Source: Protoeuglena noctilucae (lineage: Eukaryota). From it: DNA of 40,541 bases. Positions 1 through 13,150 of the stretch are shown here, piece by piece; positions within the stretch are counted from its first letter, which is position 1, and each line of letters begins with the position of its first letter. The position numbers and the translations under genes are program-made. The notes beneath the pieces were generated by a model, which saw only the letters and a list, made by a program, of their open reading frames with translations, was not told the origin of the DNA and searched no databases. Where the stretch lies: assembly GCA_958009085.1 (NCBI GenBank), contig OY253669.1:1736001-1776541 (forward strand), given 5' to 3'.

Positions 1-36
1 CCCCCACGACCAACCATTCCTCCTCCCCGCCCCCAG

Positions 37-2353
37 TGACACGGACGTTCTCTTCGACGATCACGGCTTCCTCCTCGACCAGGCCGGGCCCCGCAGCCCC
101 GCGTCACTGCGGGCGTCGGCATCCCCCCGCGCCGCGCCCCACGCCCGCCCCGCCACGGGCCCCCCGGGCCCCTCGCCCCGCCACTCCGCGCACTTCGCGG
201 ACGCAGCCCCGGCGCACCCGACCGCCGCCGCCGTGCGCGTGGCTTCCCCGCCCTCGCCCCAGCCCCTGCCCCCGTTCTCGCCCCCGCTCCCCCTGGTCGT
301 CGCACCCGCGAGCCCCGCCACCGCCCCCCGCGCCTCCCCCGCCGCCGCCCCGGCCCCCGAGTCCCCCCCTACCCTGGTGGTCTTTTCGGGCGCGACGGCC
401 TTCAACACGGTCGCGGCGTCGCTGCGCGGCCTCACCACGCGCGTCACGCACGTCCTTCCGGTGTCGGACGACGGCGGCTCGACGGCCGAGATCGTGCGCG
501 TGCTGGGGGGCCCGGCCGTGGGGGACATCCGCTCGCGCTGCCTGCGCCTGTCGGACCGCAGCGACGACGAGGGCCGCGCGGTGGCTGCCCTCTTGGGCCA
601 CCGCCTCCCCGGGACGTCCGCGGCTGAGGCGAAAGCGCAGTGGTACGCGATCGTGGAAGGGGACCACGAGCTTTGGCGCGGGGTGTCAGAGCCCTACAAG
701 CACACCATCCGCGCCTTCCTGGTCCACTTCCAGGCCAACATCATGCGGCACTCGTCCGAGCGGTTCGACTTCCGCAACGGAAGCGTCGGAAACTTCTTCT
801 TCGCGGGGGCGCGCGTCTTCTTCCGATCACTCGAGGTGGGGATGCAGTGTTCGGGGTGGGCGGGGGCTTGTGCAGCCGCGGTGCCCTGGTGTTTGCGTTC
901 AGTGCCACCCCCACTGCCACTCTCGCCCACACCCACATCCGCACCCTCACCCTCACTGCCACCCTCACCCTCGCTGCCACCCTCACCCTCACCCTCACTG
1001 CCACCCTCACCCTCACCCTCACTGCCACCCTCACCCTCGCTGCCACCCTCACCCACACCCTCACTGCCACCCTCACCCTCACCCTCACTGCCACCCTCAC
1101 CCTCGCTGCCACCCTCACCCACACCCTCACTGCCACCCTCACTGCCACCCTCACCCTCACCCCAGGCCGCCATTTTCCTTTTCTCCCGCGTCGCCCGCCT
1201 CCCTGAGGGCTCCCTGGTGGCCCCGGCCATCCTCACCGAAGAGCGCATCACGCTGGGGGCGGAGCTGGCTGACGGCACCTTCATACGGGGGCAGAACGCC
1301 ATCTCGCACCCGCCCCGGGGCCACGGCGGCGTCGAGGCCGTGAGGAAGGACCTGGAGGACCCCCCCATGCCTGCCCGTGTGCGACGCGTCTTTTACCTGG
1401 TGAGGCCCGGCGCCATGGGGGTACCCTCCGTGACACTGAGGGTGGTTAAAAAGGGCACAGGCCAAGGGCACGAGGAACGAGGGGGCTGATGAGGAAACGA
1501 GATATACTACCACCGACATCGCTGCGCATGCCCTCGTTGATCCGCGATGGGTCGTTCCGCCGATGCGCTCCCCCTCGCGCGCCCTCGCCCTCCGCCCTTG
1601 CCACCCCAAGCGCTCCCTGACCCGCCACCCCTCCTTTTCCCCCCGCAGTCCTCCGAGGGCACCCGCGGCGAGCACGAGGTCTTCCCCCGCGCCAACCCCC
1701 GCGTTCTGCAGCAATTGGAGTCGGCCGAGCTCATCGTCTACGGCATGGGGTCGCTCTACACCTCCGTGTGCCCCAGCCTGGTGCTGCGAGGCGTGGGGGA
1801 GGCCGTGGCAGCGCGGGCGTGCCCCAAGGTGCTCGTGCTCAACGGATCGCACGACAGGGAAACTACTTACATAGAGGGAGGCACAGAGGGAGCGGATGGG
1901 GAGGGCGGGCGCGCGTTCATGAGGGACATGGCGGCGGGCGAGGGGGGGACGGGCGCAGGGGCCGAGTTGGTGCGGGGGGCGGGCGGCGAGGGGCCCGGGC
2001 CGGCGGGTGGTGGAGAGAGCGCGGGGGCGGCGGGCGTGCGGCGGATGCGGGCGAGCGACGTGGTGACGGCCGTGGTGGACGCGCTCAATCGCCGGCACGC
2101 CCTGGGCGCGTCGTCGCTGTCCCACTCCCCTGGCGCCTACGTGACGGCGCTGGTGGCGCCCGAGGGCGGCGGGGTGGAGGTGGACGAGGAGGCACTGTGG
2201 GCCCTGGGGGTGCACCGGGTGGTGCGCGTCGCAGCGCACCCGGACGGCCGGGGCGGCGCCCTTTACGACCCCGACGCCCTCGTGGCGGCGCTGGGGGAGC
2301 TGGCGGGAAGGGGCGGCGCTGCGGGGGAGAGGGGCGCTTCGGAGGAGAGCTGA
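37..2353 (+). CDS. CofD/UPF0052 (YvcK/GlmR-like) family protein, 5'-partial; exons ~37-835, 1166-1399, 1649-2353
   Basis: Spliced translation has LVVFSGATAFN, HVLPVSDDGGSTAEIVRVLGGPAVGDIRSR, FDFRNGSVGNFFFAGAR and IVYGMGSLYTSVCPSL, typical of eukaryotic UPF0052 proteins. GT-AG sites keep the frame. Confidence 0.88.
903..1162 (+). repeat. Intronic degenerate hexamer array (CACCCT/CACTGC/CGCTGC)n
   Basis: Visible tandem hexamers in the 3' part of intron 836-1165; source of the spurious PSPSL/HPHC/TLT ORFs. Confidence 0.9.
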
Positions 2354-2923
2354 CGGGGAGCGCCTTCCAAGGCCTGTTTCGGGCGTGCGTTGCGTGCCCT
2401 CGGTGCATGCCTATCTGCTTTTTGAGTTTTTTTTCCAGCTGGCCTCTTGGCTGAGCTGTTTCTTTTCCTGCCTACCAGCCGCGCTGCGGCAATACGTTGC
2501 GCGAGCTGCGCGTCCCACGCTCCGTGGCGTGGCGTCCCCGTTGCTACCCTACGGTCGCGCGCCTTGGCCGCGGGATCGGCTTTTCCATCGCGAACTGCGA
2601 ACTCCCTTGAATTGTCCAGACAATCCGAGCGTGACGCTGCAAGAAGCCGAGACTCAGACTCACAGCCCAGTGCCCTGCGGGACGCAGGTGTACACTTCGC
2701 GTCGTGTCGCATTCGGCGGTGCCCAGTGTGCGCGCCACCAAGCGTTGGCATTGAGATCGCGGATGAACTGCATTTGTACGCCCCGCCCGGGCCTGGCTCT
2801 CGCTGTGTCGGTAGCAGTCGCTGTCGGGACGACTGTTCTTGCCGCACTGCAGGAGGAGGGCCCCCCTAGCGAACCGCAGGCCTCACGCGGCCAGGCCACG
2901 TCGCGGAACGTCGCGTGAGAATC

Positions 2924-4679
2924 ATGTCGAACGAGGGGGACTTTGACGCCGTGTTCGAGGAGGCGCTCAAGGGCTTCCCGTCGCGCATGAGACAGGTGCG
3001 CCGGCGGACGTGCGCGGCGGGGCGCGCCCACCCGCCCCGTGCAGCGCAAGGGGCCCCCGCGCATCGCTGGCGCACGTCAGTTGCCACATCGCAGCGATTC
3101 TCGTTCTTTGTATCGTCTACTTGCAGGCTGTGGATGCCGGAGGCGGGGCAGGGGACGGAGCGCCCGCGGCGGGGGCTGCAGCGGGGTCGGGCCAGGTTGC
3201 CGGGGCGAGCTCCGACGCGGGACCCGGCCCTGCCGCCCCCGGGCGCATGACGTTCGATCCTCTCGGTCGGAAGCGCCCAGCGGCGTCGCGTCCCAGGCCG
3301 GCGGGTGCTCCGGAGGGCGACCCTGGTGCCGCTGTGGGTGCGGTCCCGCCCGGCGTCTCTGCTGGCGCCGAGCCCGGTCCGGCCGTGCCAGGGCCAGCTG
3401 ATCCAGGTGTAGATCAGCTGGCTGCGGACGTGGTGCGGCTCCTGGGGGAGCTGCGGACGACGGGGGCGGCGGGGGGCGCTCGGCCGGGCCCGCCCCCTCG
3501 CCCGTCCGCCCACCGCAGCAACCGTGCGAGCGCGGGGTCCGCGGCCCCTCGCGCGAGCGCGGGCGCGGGGCCTTACGGCGACGACGCCTTCGCGGAGACG
3601 CTGCGGCGTCTGCAGGCGGAGGTGGGGGGGTCCGGGAGGGGCGCGGGTGGCGACTCCCCGGGTCCGTCGGTTGGGTTTGACCCATCGCAGGCCTTCACGG
3701 ATGAGGAGCTGGATGGCCTGGCGGATCAGGTGAGGATTTGGGGATGATGGGTGGGGTGGGTGCGATGGGTGGGGTGGCGACGGGGGGAGGGGTTAGCTGG
3801 CGAGGGGGCGTGTCGTGTCAAGGATGATGATGAATAGACTTAACCTCGCCATCCTTGCAGTTCCACGGTTCGGGCGACTCCCCGGAGATGCACGGCCTGA
3901 TGGACACCATCATGCGTCAGCTGCTGAGCAAGGACGTGCTGTACGAGCCACTGAGGTGAGAGAAGCACGATGGGAGGAGCACCGTGGGCGCAGTTGAGAG
4001 GATGGCTGCTCTCACACGGCAGGGGAGGCGCCGCGTGTGGTGTGCGAAGGTCTGTTAGAGACACTTGCATCAAGTACCTCATAGCTAACTGACGTGCCTT
4101 CCCCACCTCATCCCCACACACAGGGAGATTGGCAGCAAGTACCCCGCCTGGCTGGAGGAGCACGGTGCGTCGCTGTCCCCAGAGGAGCTGGGCCGCTACC
4201 GCCGTCAGCTGGAGTGCATCCGCCGCATATGTCGACAGTACGAGGAGGACGACGGGGACTTCCCGGCCATCATGGGAATGCTGCAGGAGATGCAGGTGAG
4301 GGATGGGGGATTGTGTGGGGAGGGGTGAAGTGGCACGGGTGGAGTAGGATGGGTTGCTGCAGGAGGTGCAGGTGAGGGGAGGGATACACACGGCATGGAT
4401 GGGGAGAGTCCCTTTCCCAGACGGCCACCCGATGCAGGAACCGAGCAGGCAGGGCGGCCCAGCGTCACCGTGGCTGCCGGCACATGGCCCCACGCGCTGT
4501 ACAGTCGCTCATCACAACATCCCTTTCCCCCCCCGCCCGTTTGTTCCCAGGAGTGCGGCCAGCCACCCGACGACATTGTCAAGGAATTGGCGCCAGGGAT
4601 GAGTTTCGGGCCAGACGGCCTCCCTTCAATCCCCGCCATGCCCGGGCCTGCGGGAGACGGCAACTGCAGCGTCATGTGA
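2924..4679 (+). CDS. PEX19: Peroxin 19 (peroxisomal membrane protein import receptor); exons ~2924-2995, 3127-3729, 3861-3955, 4124-4295, 4551-4679
   Basis: MDTIMRQLLSKDVLYEPLREIGSKYPAWLEEH...MQECGQPPDDIVKELAPG is the Pex19 C-terminal domain; the protein ends in a CaaX box (CSVM-stop) and has an acidic N-terminus. Confidence 0.93.
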
Positions 4680-5444
4680 GATGACGGAGAAGCGAGGCTA
4701 TGTATCGATTGCGTTCTTGTTGAATGCGACGGCAGCAATCGCCCTAACTGGCCAAGTGTTGAAGGACTTCCACCCGGGTGTGTTGGCTGGGCAGCACCGT
4801 AGCACAGCCGTTGCGTGTGCGCGTTGGCATCCCACGGCCCAAGAGCCCCCCAGGCTCCTGACTGCCTGCGCTTGAGGTGATTCCAAAGGCCACTCGGCAT
4901 CTCAACAAACAGGGACCCGACATGACGACCGCTGACACGCACACTTGCGTTTGTGCCACTTGCACTACGTCGTCATGTTTCTCCCTCCCACTCGCCGCCA
5001 TCTCAATTCAATCTACCTTCTCCTAGCGCCCACCCGGCGCTCTCGGCTCCGCATCGCGCACACCGGCCGCAGAGTGAGCCGCTGACGATCTCCCGCCCCG
5101 ACAGTTCATCTCCGGGCCGTCTCGCCGTGTTCCAAAGCGTGTTTGCATCATGTTGTTCCGGTCCGGGCTCCGAGCCCTGCTGCGGACGCAGGCCTGGGCG
5201 CCCCGGGACGCCAGCGCTGGCGCCGTCGGTGTTATGGAGCTCGCCAGGTGCAGGACACAGATCCGATGCCCATGTCGTCGCAGATGTGTTCCGAGATGTC
5301 ATTTGTATCCACAGCGAGGCCGGCGGGGGCCATGAAAGGCGGCGTCGCTCGCGGGGGCACGCCTCGCATCGTGCAGGCTGCTGCCCGCCCCGCTGGCCCG
5401 ACGCGGCCGATGCGCCGCTGCGCCACCCTCCTGCGCGCAGACGC

Positions 5445-8400
5445 ATGTCTACGGGTGCCGATCCCGTTCTCGGGCGGACCGAGGGGCGCTACGGGCTGCA
5501 GGTGTCCAACATCCCGGCCGACATACAGGTGCGGCCGCGGGAGCGCATCCGCACGCGCTGAACGAGCGATCTCTCGCTATTTGCGCACGAATGGGAGGTC
5601 CGATGCTATCAACCTGCGCCCCGCCCCGCAGGCCGCGGACGTGGCTGCCGTGTTCCGCGTGTTCGGTCCCGTCAACCACGTCCACTTGCTGGGCGCCGCT
5701 GGGGAGGGGGAGGTGGAGGGCGGGCGGGTGTGGAGGGACAAAGGAGGGAAGCGGAGCGCGATGGCAGCGGACGAGTGAGCGTTTGGAGGCGTAGATGCAC
5801 TCGGTCGATTGCCGATGCGTATTCCGTCCCAGTTTGTGCGTCCCTGCTCTCTCCATGTGCACTCTCTGGCTTGCGCTCGCTCTCACCTCCACACAGACGC
5901 TCTTTCCTCTCCCCTGACTGCCCCACACACTGTTCCCTTCACGCACACCCACCCTTCCCCACTTCCCCACCCCAGCACCCGCCCATCTCTGACTGCCCCA
6001 CCCGCACGCACTCTCTTCTTCTCACACGCACACCCAGACGCACTCTCCCATTCACACCCACGCTCTCCTCCCCACGCTCTCAGCAATCGCCCATCCCTGA
6101 CTGCCCGCGTGGAGATGGCCACGCGCGCGAGTGCCGACTGCGCCATCCTGGAGCTCAACCGGCGGAGGCTGTTCACGGGCGGGCCGGGGCCGCTGCTGGT
6201 GTCGTACAGCAAGGGGACCAGGGACTGGGTGAGTGGGTGGTGGTGGTGGTGGTTGTGTAGTACAGAGATGAGGGACTGGGTGAGTGGTCATTCCGTCTCA
6301 TCTCTCACCCCACCTCTCCCCATCTCCCCCCAGCTCTCCACCCTCGTTGCCCGCGAGCTGGGCCTCGCCGACGCGCTTCAGTCCAAGGAGGGCACCACCC
6401 CCCGCGTCGCCATCCGCAACGTGCCGGAATCGTGGGGAGAGGACCGACTGCGTGATGCTCTGGCGTCCCTGGGGGTGGGGGAGCCCGTGGGGGTGGAGGT
6501 CAAGGGCAGGAGCGGGACCATGTGAGTGAAGGGGGGTGTGGATGGATGGGTGTGAGGGTGCATGGGTGTGGGTGGGGGTAGCTGTGTGGGTGTGGGTGAT
6601 ATGGATGGGGAGAGAAGGTGCAGGAACGGGACCATGTGAGTGAATGGGGTGGGTGTGGATGCATGGATGTAATTGAATGATGGGGACTGCGGGGTGCAGG
6701 GAGTTTGTGGTCGTGAGTGCAAACACTCTTGTTCACAACACACACAATGCCCCTGCCACTCCCTCCCTCAGCCTGTGTTGCCGTGTGCACACACACACAC
6801 ACACACACCTCCCCTCCCCCCCCCATCCCCCCAGTGTAATCGAGATGCCATCCCCAGATGCCGCCATTGCTCTGAAGAACGCCGCGTGGGAGTGCGTGGT
6901 GGATGAGGAGGGGGGGCAGCTGGTGCGGTCGCCCACGGGGAGCGGAAGGCGAGTGGGCGGTTGATTGATAATGCGATTACTAGACGTTTCACAGTCACTC
7001 ACAGTTAATGGCTCATTCATATCTCATCCATCTGACGTCGCCCAGGGGGGGCGGCAGGCGAGTGGTCCATCCAATGTTGCACAGTGCCACTCTACCCTCA
7101 ACACCCCGTCTCTCTCCCCTCTTCCCCACCCACTCTGCCCCCATCCACTCTCACACTCTCCCCCCCTCTCCCCCCAGGCGCCTCCGCGTGACCATGTACG
7201 ACCCCGAGACAGCCATGGCCAGGCGACTGGTGGTGGGGGAGGTGAACCCGGAGAACCGGTGAGTGAAGTGATGGGTATCTATCAAGTAATGGAGGAGACG
7301 GGTGGTGGTGGCAGATGTGAGACTGGTGGTGGGGTGGTGGATGCATTCACCATCACCCACACCCATCCTCGCCCTCTCATCAAAGACAACACTTACCCAC
7401 CCAACCCCCTCCCCCACTCCCCCCCAGCTGCCTGTGGATGCGCTTCGCCGTCGACCCCAGCCGCCCCTTCCGCGCCGACATGGTGGGGGAGTTCGCGGCA
7501 AGGCACGGGGAGGTGCAGCACCTGTCCACGTTCGAGGTGAGATGGGGATGATGGGGATGGCAGTGGAATGGTTTGGTACACGTGAACAACAGTGGATTTG
7601 TGATTGGTGCATTTGAACAAAGGAGTTGCAGCACCTGTCGACATTCGAGGTGAGTAGTAATTGAATGGATGGTTTGGTACACGTGAACAAGGGTGGTTGG
7701 ATGGGTGCATTTAAACAGGGGAGGTGCAGCACCTGTCGGTGTCACTTCCCTCTCATCCCACAGCCCCACCTCCCACATACCCACCCACACACTCACCCCC
7801 ACCCTCACCCCCCCCCCCCCCTTCCCCCAGCGCGACGGCGCCGTGACATCCGAGGTCCTCTTCCGCCGCATCTCCGCCATCGAAGCGGCCATCACATCCC
7901 TAGACAACCCAGAACACAACCGCGACGCCCTGTGTGCCATGGACGGTCGCGTGGCTGCCATGCCCGTGTCTAGGCGCACTCGTCGCGCTGTGCAGCGCCT
8001 GCCGCCCCCCGGGGTGCCCCCCTCCCACGTGGCGCTGCGGGTGTTCGGGGGGCTGCCCGAGGAGGGGAGGGAGGCGGCGGGGGTGGTGAGGGAGGCGCTG
8101 AGGTGAGGGGTGGTGGTGGGGGGGGAAGGGGGTTGGTTGGTTGGTTGAGTGAGGGGTAGTGGTTGGGTAGTGACTGAGAGGTGGGGGATGGTGCGGGAGG
8201 CGCTGAGGTGGGGGGTGGGGGGGTGGGGGGGGGGGGGGTGGAGTAGTGACTGAGGGGTGGGGGGTGAGTGTGGGGGGTGGTTGAGAGAAAGAAAGGGAGG
8301 GTTAGAGGGTGCAACGGGGGGGGCACGCAGCTGCATGAGCGGTTTACGACTCTTTTCATCCACCCTCACGCACCCGCCTCATCTCATCTTACCTCGTCTC

Positions 8401-9413
8401 ATCTCATCACATCGCATCTCATCTCATCCCCTCTCATCTCCCCCCGTCCACCCCACCCCGCAGGCAGCTGGGCAGCTTCACGGCCGTCACCGTGCGCCGT
8501 GCCCGGACCGGCCCCACCGTGACGGCGTGGGGGACGGCGCAGGACGTGCAAGCGGCTTTGAACGAATTGAACGGGCGGACCCTCGCGTGAGTGGCAGCGT
8601 GGATGGAGTTGGGGTGTTGGTGTTAAGATGAGGGTGTTGGTGTTGACATGGCATGGCATGCCACCCTCGCGTGAGTGACGCATGCCGCCTATGCCGTGCA
8701 TATGCTCCGCTCACCCAACCTGTCTGTTGAAATAGCCGCCGTCTGAGCCGTGGCTGCACTGCACTGCGCTTCTCACTTCGCATAGCTCTTACCACCCCCA
8801 CCACCCTCACCGCCCTCACCGCCCTCACCGCCCTCACCCCTCTCACCACCCCTGAACCCCCCTCACCCTCACCACCACCCTCACCACCCCACCACCCTCA
8901 CCCTCTCCCACACCCTCACCCTCACCCCCCTCACCCTCACCACCCTCACCACCCCCACCACCCTCACCACCCTCACCACCCCCACCACCCTCACCACCCC
9001 TCACCCTCCCCATCCCCCCAGCGATGGCCTCGGCCCCGTCACTGTGCGCCGCAACATGGTGGTCGGCATGTGGGACTACGTGCCAACCACGGGGGAACTC
9101 AAGGTGAGCTCGATAATCATGGGTCATGGGCCATTCATGTATGTATATATGTATATATATTATGAAGGTCATGTCATGCATTGTCATGGCATTAACGCAT
9201 CTGTCACCTGCCATGTGCACATCTGCCTCTGCCATCGCCCCGTACAGTTGTGCGTCTGCAGTCGTGCATGTCTGTTGCCACGAGCGTTGTACCAGTGGCA
9301 TGTTCCATGATCCCATGCTTCACTGTGTTTCCCCTCTGCCGCAGCGTGTGGAGGTGCGCGGGAGGGGCGGGGAGCACAGGGAGGGGGGCGACGACGAGGG
9401 CGGCAGGGCGTGA
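5445..9413 (+). CDS. Multi-RRM-like RNA-binding protein, about 10 exons (start uncertain)
   Basis: Exons translate to RRM-like segments: LQVSNIPADIQAADVAAVFRVFGPVNHVHL, VAIRNVPESWGEDRLRDAL and AALNELNGRTL. Splice sites are consistent, including a GC donor at 6949. Confidence 0.65.
8790..9018 (+). repeat. Intronic (CACCCT/CACCAC/CACCGC)n low-complexity array
   Basis: Visible C/A-rich degenerate repeats just upstream of the acceptor at ~9021. Confidence 0.85.
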
Positions 9414-9817
9414 GGGGGGGCGTAGCAAGGGCATGGGTCGAAGCTAAGAGGAGCAGTGCTTCGGGATGTGAGAGGGCGCCATAGATTGGGTGTGGGTCAA
9501 AGCGGAGAAGTGGCGGGGAGTCAGGGGAGTGAGGGTCGCCATGACCAGCGGTGGCGGTGGTGTGCTCGACGTTGAAAGGCAACGCAAGCGACGCCGCGGC
9601 TGACGAAGAATAGAAATGCGACATGAATATGATGAAGCGAGTGATACTCGGCAAGTAAGTAATACTAACTTGACGTGACACCGGCTTGCCTGTCAAAACA
9701 AGCCAGCCGGGGCCCAATGGCAACCAGCACAGGAAGCTGCCACACGCAGATACAGATACACTAACAATGAGCCGAATGAACGAATGGAGGTGTTAGTGAG
9801 AGGAATGCAGATGTTAC

Positions 9818-11391
9818 TTAGAGCTCCGCGGCGCCCCCCGCTGCCCCACCGGTGCCCCACCCCAAAGCCCACATCACTGTCCCCGCCACCCCACCTGCCA
9901 CTCCCCGCCCCACCACCACGCATGCCCACATGACCAATCCCACCACCCCCTGCACCGCCCTCACCACCGCCCTCACCACCGCCCCGCACACCCACGCAAC
10001 GATCGCCACCACCACCCACACCGTCCTATACGCCAGTATCAAAAGCAACGCCCCCGCCACCAGCACCACCGCCCCCAGCTGCAGCAGCGTGGCGCCCGTC
10101 AGTTGCTTTCCCGTGGCCATCCTCACTGCAGTGTTGAATGCCTCCCATCGAGTGCCCTGATACTGTGCCACCAGTGCGTTGTTATGCTCGTACACCTTTA
10201 TCGCCTCATCCACCACGGCGTCCTTGTCACCCGCGCTCAGCTGGCAGGGGCCGGGGCCGTCCGCCGCGGAAAGCAGAGCGCTGCGGGGGAACAGGGAGGG
10301 TCAGATATGCATGCAAAGATGGGTCGCCTATCGCAGGCCACGACACCCCTCTCTCGTCACTAAGCACTCCCTCTCCCTCTCACCCACTCACTCACCCGCC
10401 CCTTGCCCCTCGCCACCCCCACCACCACCATCCCCGCCCCTCACCGCAGCCGCTTGGCCACTCACCCACCAGTTTCCACCATTTCTCCCCTACCCACTTC
10501 CCCTAACCACCCCCACCACCACCCCCTCTAATAACCCCTCACCGCAGCCGCTTGGCCACCCCCGCGTCCCCCCCATCGATGTTTTCAAATTCAAACGCCC
10601 TCGTCGACGCGCTCTCTCCCAGCGCCTCCTTTATTCGCTTCCGGATGACCTTGCCCCCCGCTGTCAGGGCCATGCCAAGCACATACGCATAGGCAAGCAA
10701 GCGCACGGGCTGCGACTCCGCCAGGTGCCTCAGGTGCCCCAGGTACGGCTGGCAGGGGGACTTCTGAAGACCAGGGGGGGAGGGGAGACTGACTGTGAAA
10801 CGGTGGAGGTCATTTCTATGCAGTAACCCCATGACCCACCACCTGCGCTCGTCACCTCAGCCACTGCCCCACCCACCCACCTGCACTCATCCCCTCTCCT
10901 ACCCCTCCCCCCCCCACCCATCCACCCACCCACCTGCACTTCGCCTGTCCACCTGTCCCCCATAATGGCTCTCAGATTCGCCTCAAAAGCCCTCTTCCGG
11001 TCCATCGCTTGCCACACCTCCGCGGCCTCCCGCAGCACGGGCAGGCGGCCCCGGCACTCGCTCAGCAGCCGCTGCACCTCCGCAAATACCGGGTAAAACA
11101 GCGACAGCGCCTGGGCGAATCGCTCTGCGCGAGAGGCGGACGCGAGGCAGGGGTCACATCACACGTTGGGAGAGAACAGCGCGCGCGTGAGAAAGCCTTC
11201 GTCGGCCTCACCTCTGCTTCTAAGCGCAGCGACCAGTTTCATGTTCACCAGCGCGTCCGACAGGCTGCGTGTGCGAGCGCGGGAGGCCTTTTGCAAGCGT
11301 GAACGTGACGGGACCTCCCGCTCGCCTCGCCGCAGGCCCACCTGTGCGCTTTGCGCGTGGCCTTGCGCAGACGTGTTTGCAAGGGCTCCAT
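9818..11391 (-). CDS. Heme oxygenase, animal/insect-like type with C-terminal hydrophobic anchor; 5 exons
   Basis: Spliced N-terminus MEPLQTRLRKATRKAH-SLSDALVNMKL includes the proximal heme His (intron 11341-11265). Also PYLGHLRHLAESQPVRLLAYAYVLGMALTAGGKVI, VVDEAIKVYEHN and a long hydrophobic tail. Confidence 0.85.
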
Positions 11392-11735
11392 CGCGAGCGC
11401 CGCGACCTCTTGGGATCGGCCGCAGGCCACAAGACCAATGCTGCGGGAAGCTCTTGAGCTTGTCGCTGCCTGCCGCGGATCAGAGAGCTCAAAGCCAACC
11501 CTTCTGGCCATCCCATTCATGCACAGCTTCCTGCTGCCCCTGGGATCTTGACCCTCGGATCTCCAGCGAGTGCAAGTTTGTCCGACCTACTGGCGAGGGT
11601 CTCAGCCCGGTCTGCTTCATATAGAGCGTCGGGGACGGACAGAGAAAGCTGACTTTGTGACGGTTAGGACCTTGATTGCTTGATCCCAGAACGGCTCGCT
11701 GCCTCGCCGCGTCTGGGCGCCGAATCACAGCGCCC
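11392..11735. promoter_or_regulatory. Probable bidirectional promoter between heme oxygenase and Maf
   Basis: Head-to-head start codons only ~345 bp apart; no specific motif identified. Confidence 0.5.
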
Positions 11736-12902
11736 ATGCTTGTCGAGCACCTCCCGCACCTCCAGGTGAGCATCACACAAGCTTACTGGTCGCGATGTGC
11801 AATTTATGGTTAGTTCGATTAACTCGTCTGGTCATCGTCGCTCATGCATCACGCCCGGGTTGCCTGTGCAGACGCTGCGGGTCATCCTGGCCAGCGCGAG
11901 CCCGCGGAGGCGCGAGCTGCTGCAGCTCCAGGGCCTGAAGTTCGAGGTGGTCGTTTCGGGTTTCGCGGAGGACTTTTCGAAGTCCTCATTCGCCAGCGCG
12001 GCGGACTACGCGCGCGCGACCTCAGCAGCCAAGGCGCAGGAGGTGGCCGGGCGCGCCTGGGACGCGGGCGCGACGCCGGACCTGATCATCGCAGCGGATA
12101 CAGTAGTGGAGCACAACGGCGTGATCCTCGAGAAGCCAGCGGACGAAGAGGACGCCTTCCGGGTGAGCTGCGAGGGACCGACCGAGGTAGCATGGTTTGT
12201 ACCATTAGTTACTACGCATGCTGCCTTGGCTGCACTCCCTGAGTATAACTGACACCTCCCAGCTTCCACTTTGACCTCTCCGCCAGGTGTTGCGGTCTCT
12301 GTCCGGCAGCACCCACCACGTGCACTCGGGGGTGGCGCTGGTGCTGCCGCGGGGACCGAGGAGGGCCGAGGCAGTGACCCGCAGCTTCGCGTGCACCACC
12401 GAAGTGAAGTTCGACCAACTCAGGTGACACCTGGGGGAGATGCTGCGGTGGATAGGCACACGGGTGTTGTGGGGGAGTTCGACCATCTCAGGTGTGACAC
12501 TTGAGGGAGATGTTGTGGTGGGTGGTACAGGGCTAGCTATGCACACGGCTGTCGTGGGGCAGTGAGCTGGGTGTCAATCAGCTGCGGCAAGCAAGCTGGT
12601 GCGTCGTGGTGGCTCTGCCACGCTCAGGCGCGCCCGCCCACCCTCTCGCATTCCGACACGCACACCTACCCACACCCGCCCACCCTGCCCCACACCCACC
12701 CACCCTCATCCCCAGTGACGCCGTCATATGGGCATATGTGAAATCAGGCGAGCCGATGGACAAGGCTGGGAGCTACGGCATCCAGGGCGCGGCGGGGGCG
12801 TTCGTGCGTGGCATACGCGGGTGCTACTTCAACGTGGTGGGGCTGCCTGTCAACCGAGTGGCGAGGGAGATTGCGGGGATGGTCAACGAGGGGCTGCTGT
12901 GA
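11736..12902 (+). CDS. Maf-like nucleoside triphosphate pyrophosphatase (YhdE/ASMTL-N type); 4 exons
   Basis: [38 protein letters not shown] and [24 protein letters not shown] are Maf signature motifs. Confidence 0.93.
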
Positions 12903-13150
12903 GGGAGAGGGTGGGGTGGTTGTTGTTGTGAGAGACATGGGGGTGGTTGTTGTTGTTGTGGGGGGCCGATGGGGTGGCCCCATCTGGGCGAGCCTGTCGC
13001 AGTGTGCGAGGGAAGGAGAGGAGCTGGGCTCCATCTACTGCGCTTCGTAGTAATCGCTGCTGTGTTCCATCGCTGTGCACGTTACGCTTCGATTGAATCC
13101 ATGACTACACGTCCATTGCATCGGTGCGAGCGTTGGCAGGCGCCCCGCCA

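Noticed and set aside
36..1489. Long ORFs with HPHCHP, PSPSLP or TLTA repeats as repeat proteins
   Set aside because: They are read-through of the intronic hexamer array; splicing 836-1165 restores the UPF0052 frame.
11159..11341. Apparent loss of the heme-ligating His in heme oxygenase (ORF track reads ARTRSLSDALVN)
   Set aside because: An intron at 11341-11265 joins ...TRKAH to SLSDALVN, so the His is present.
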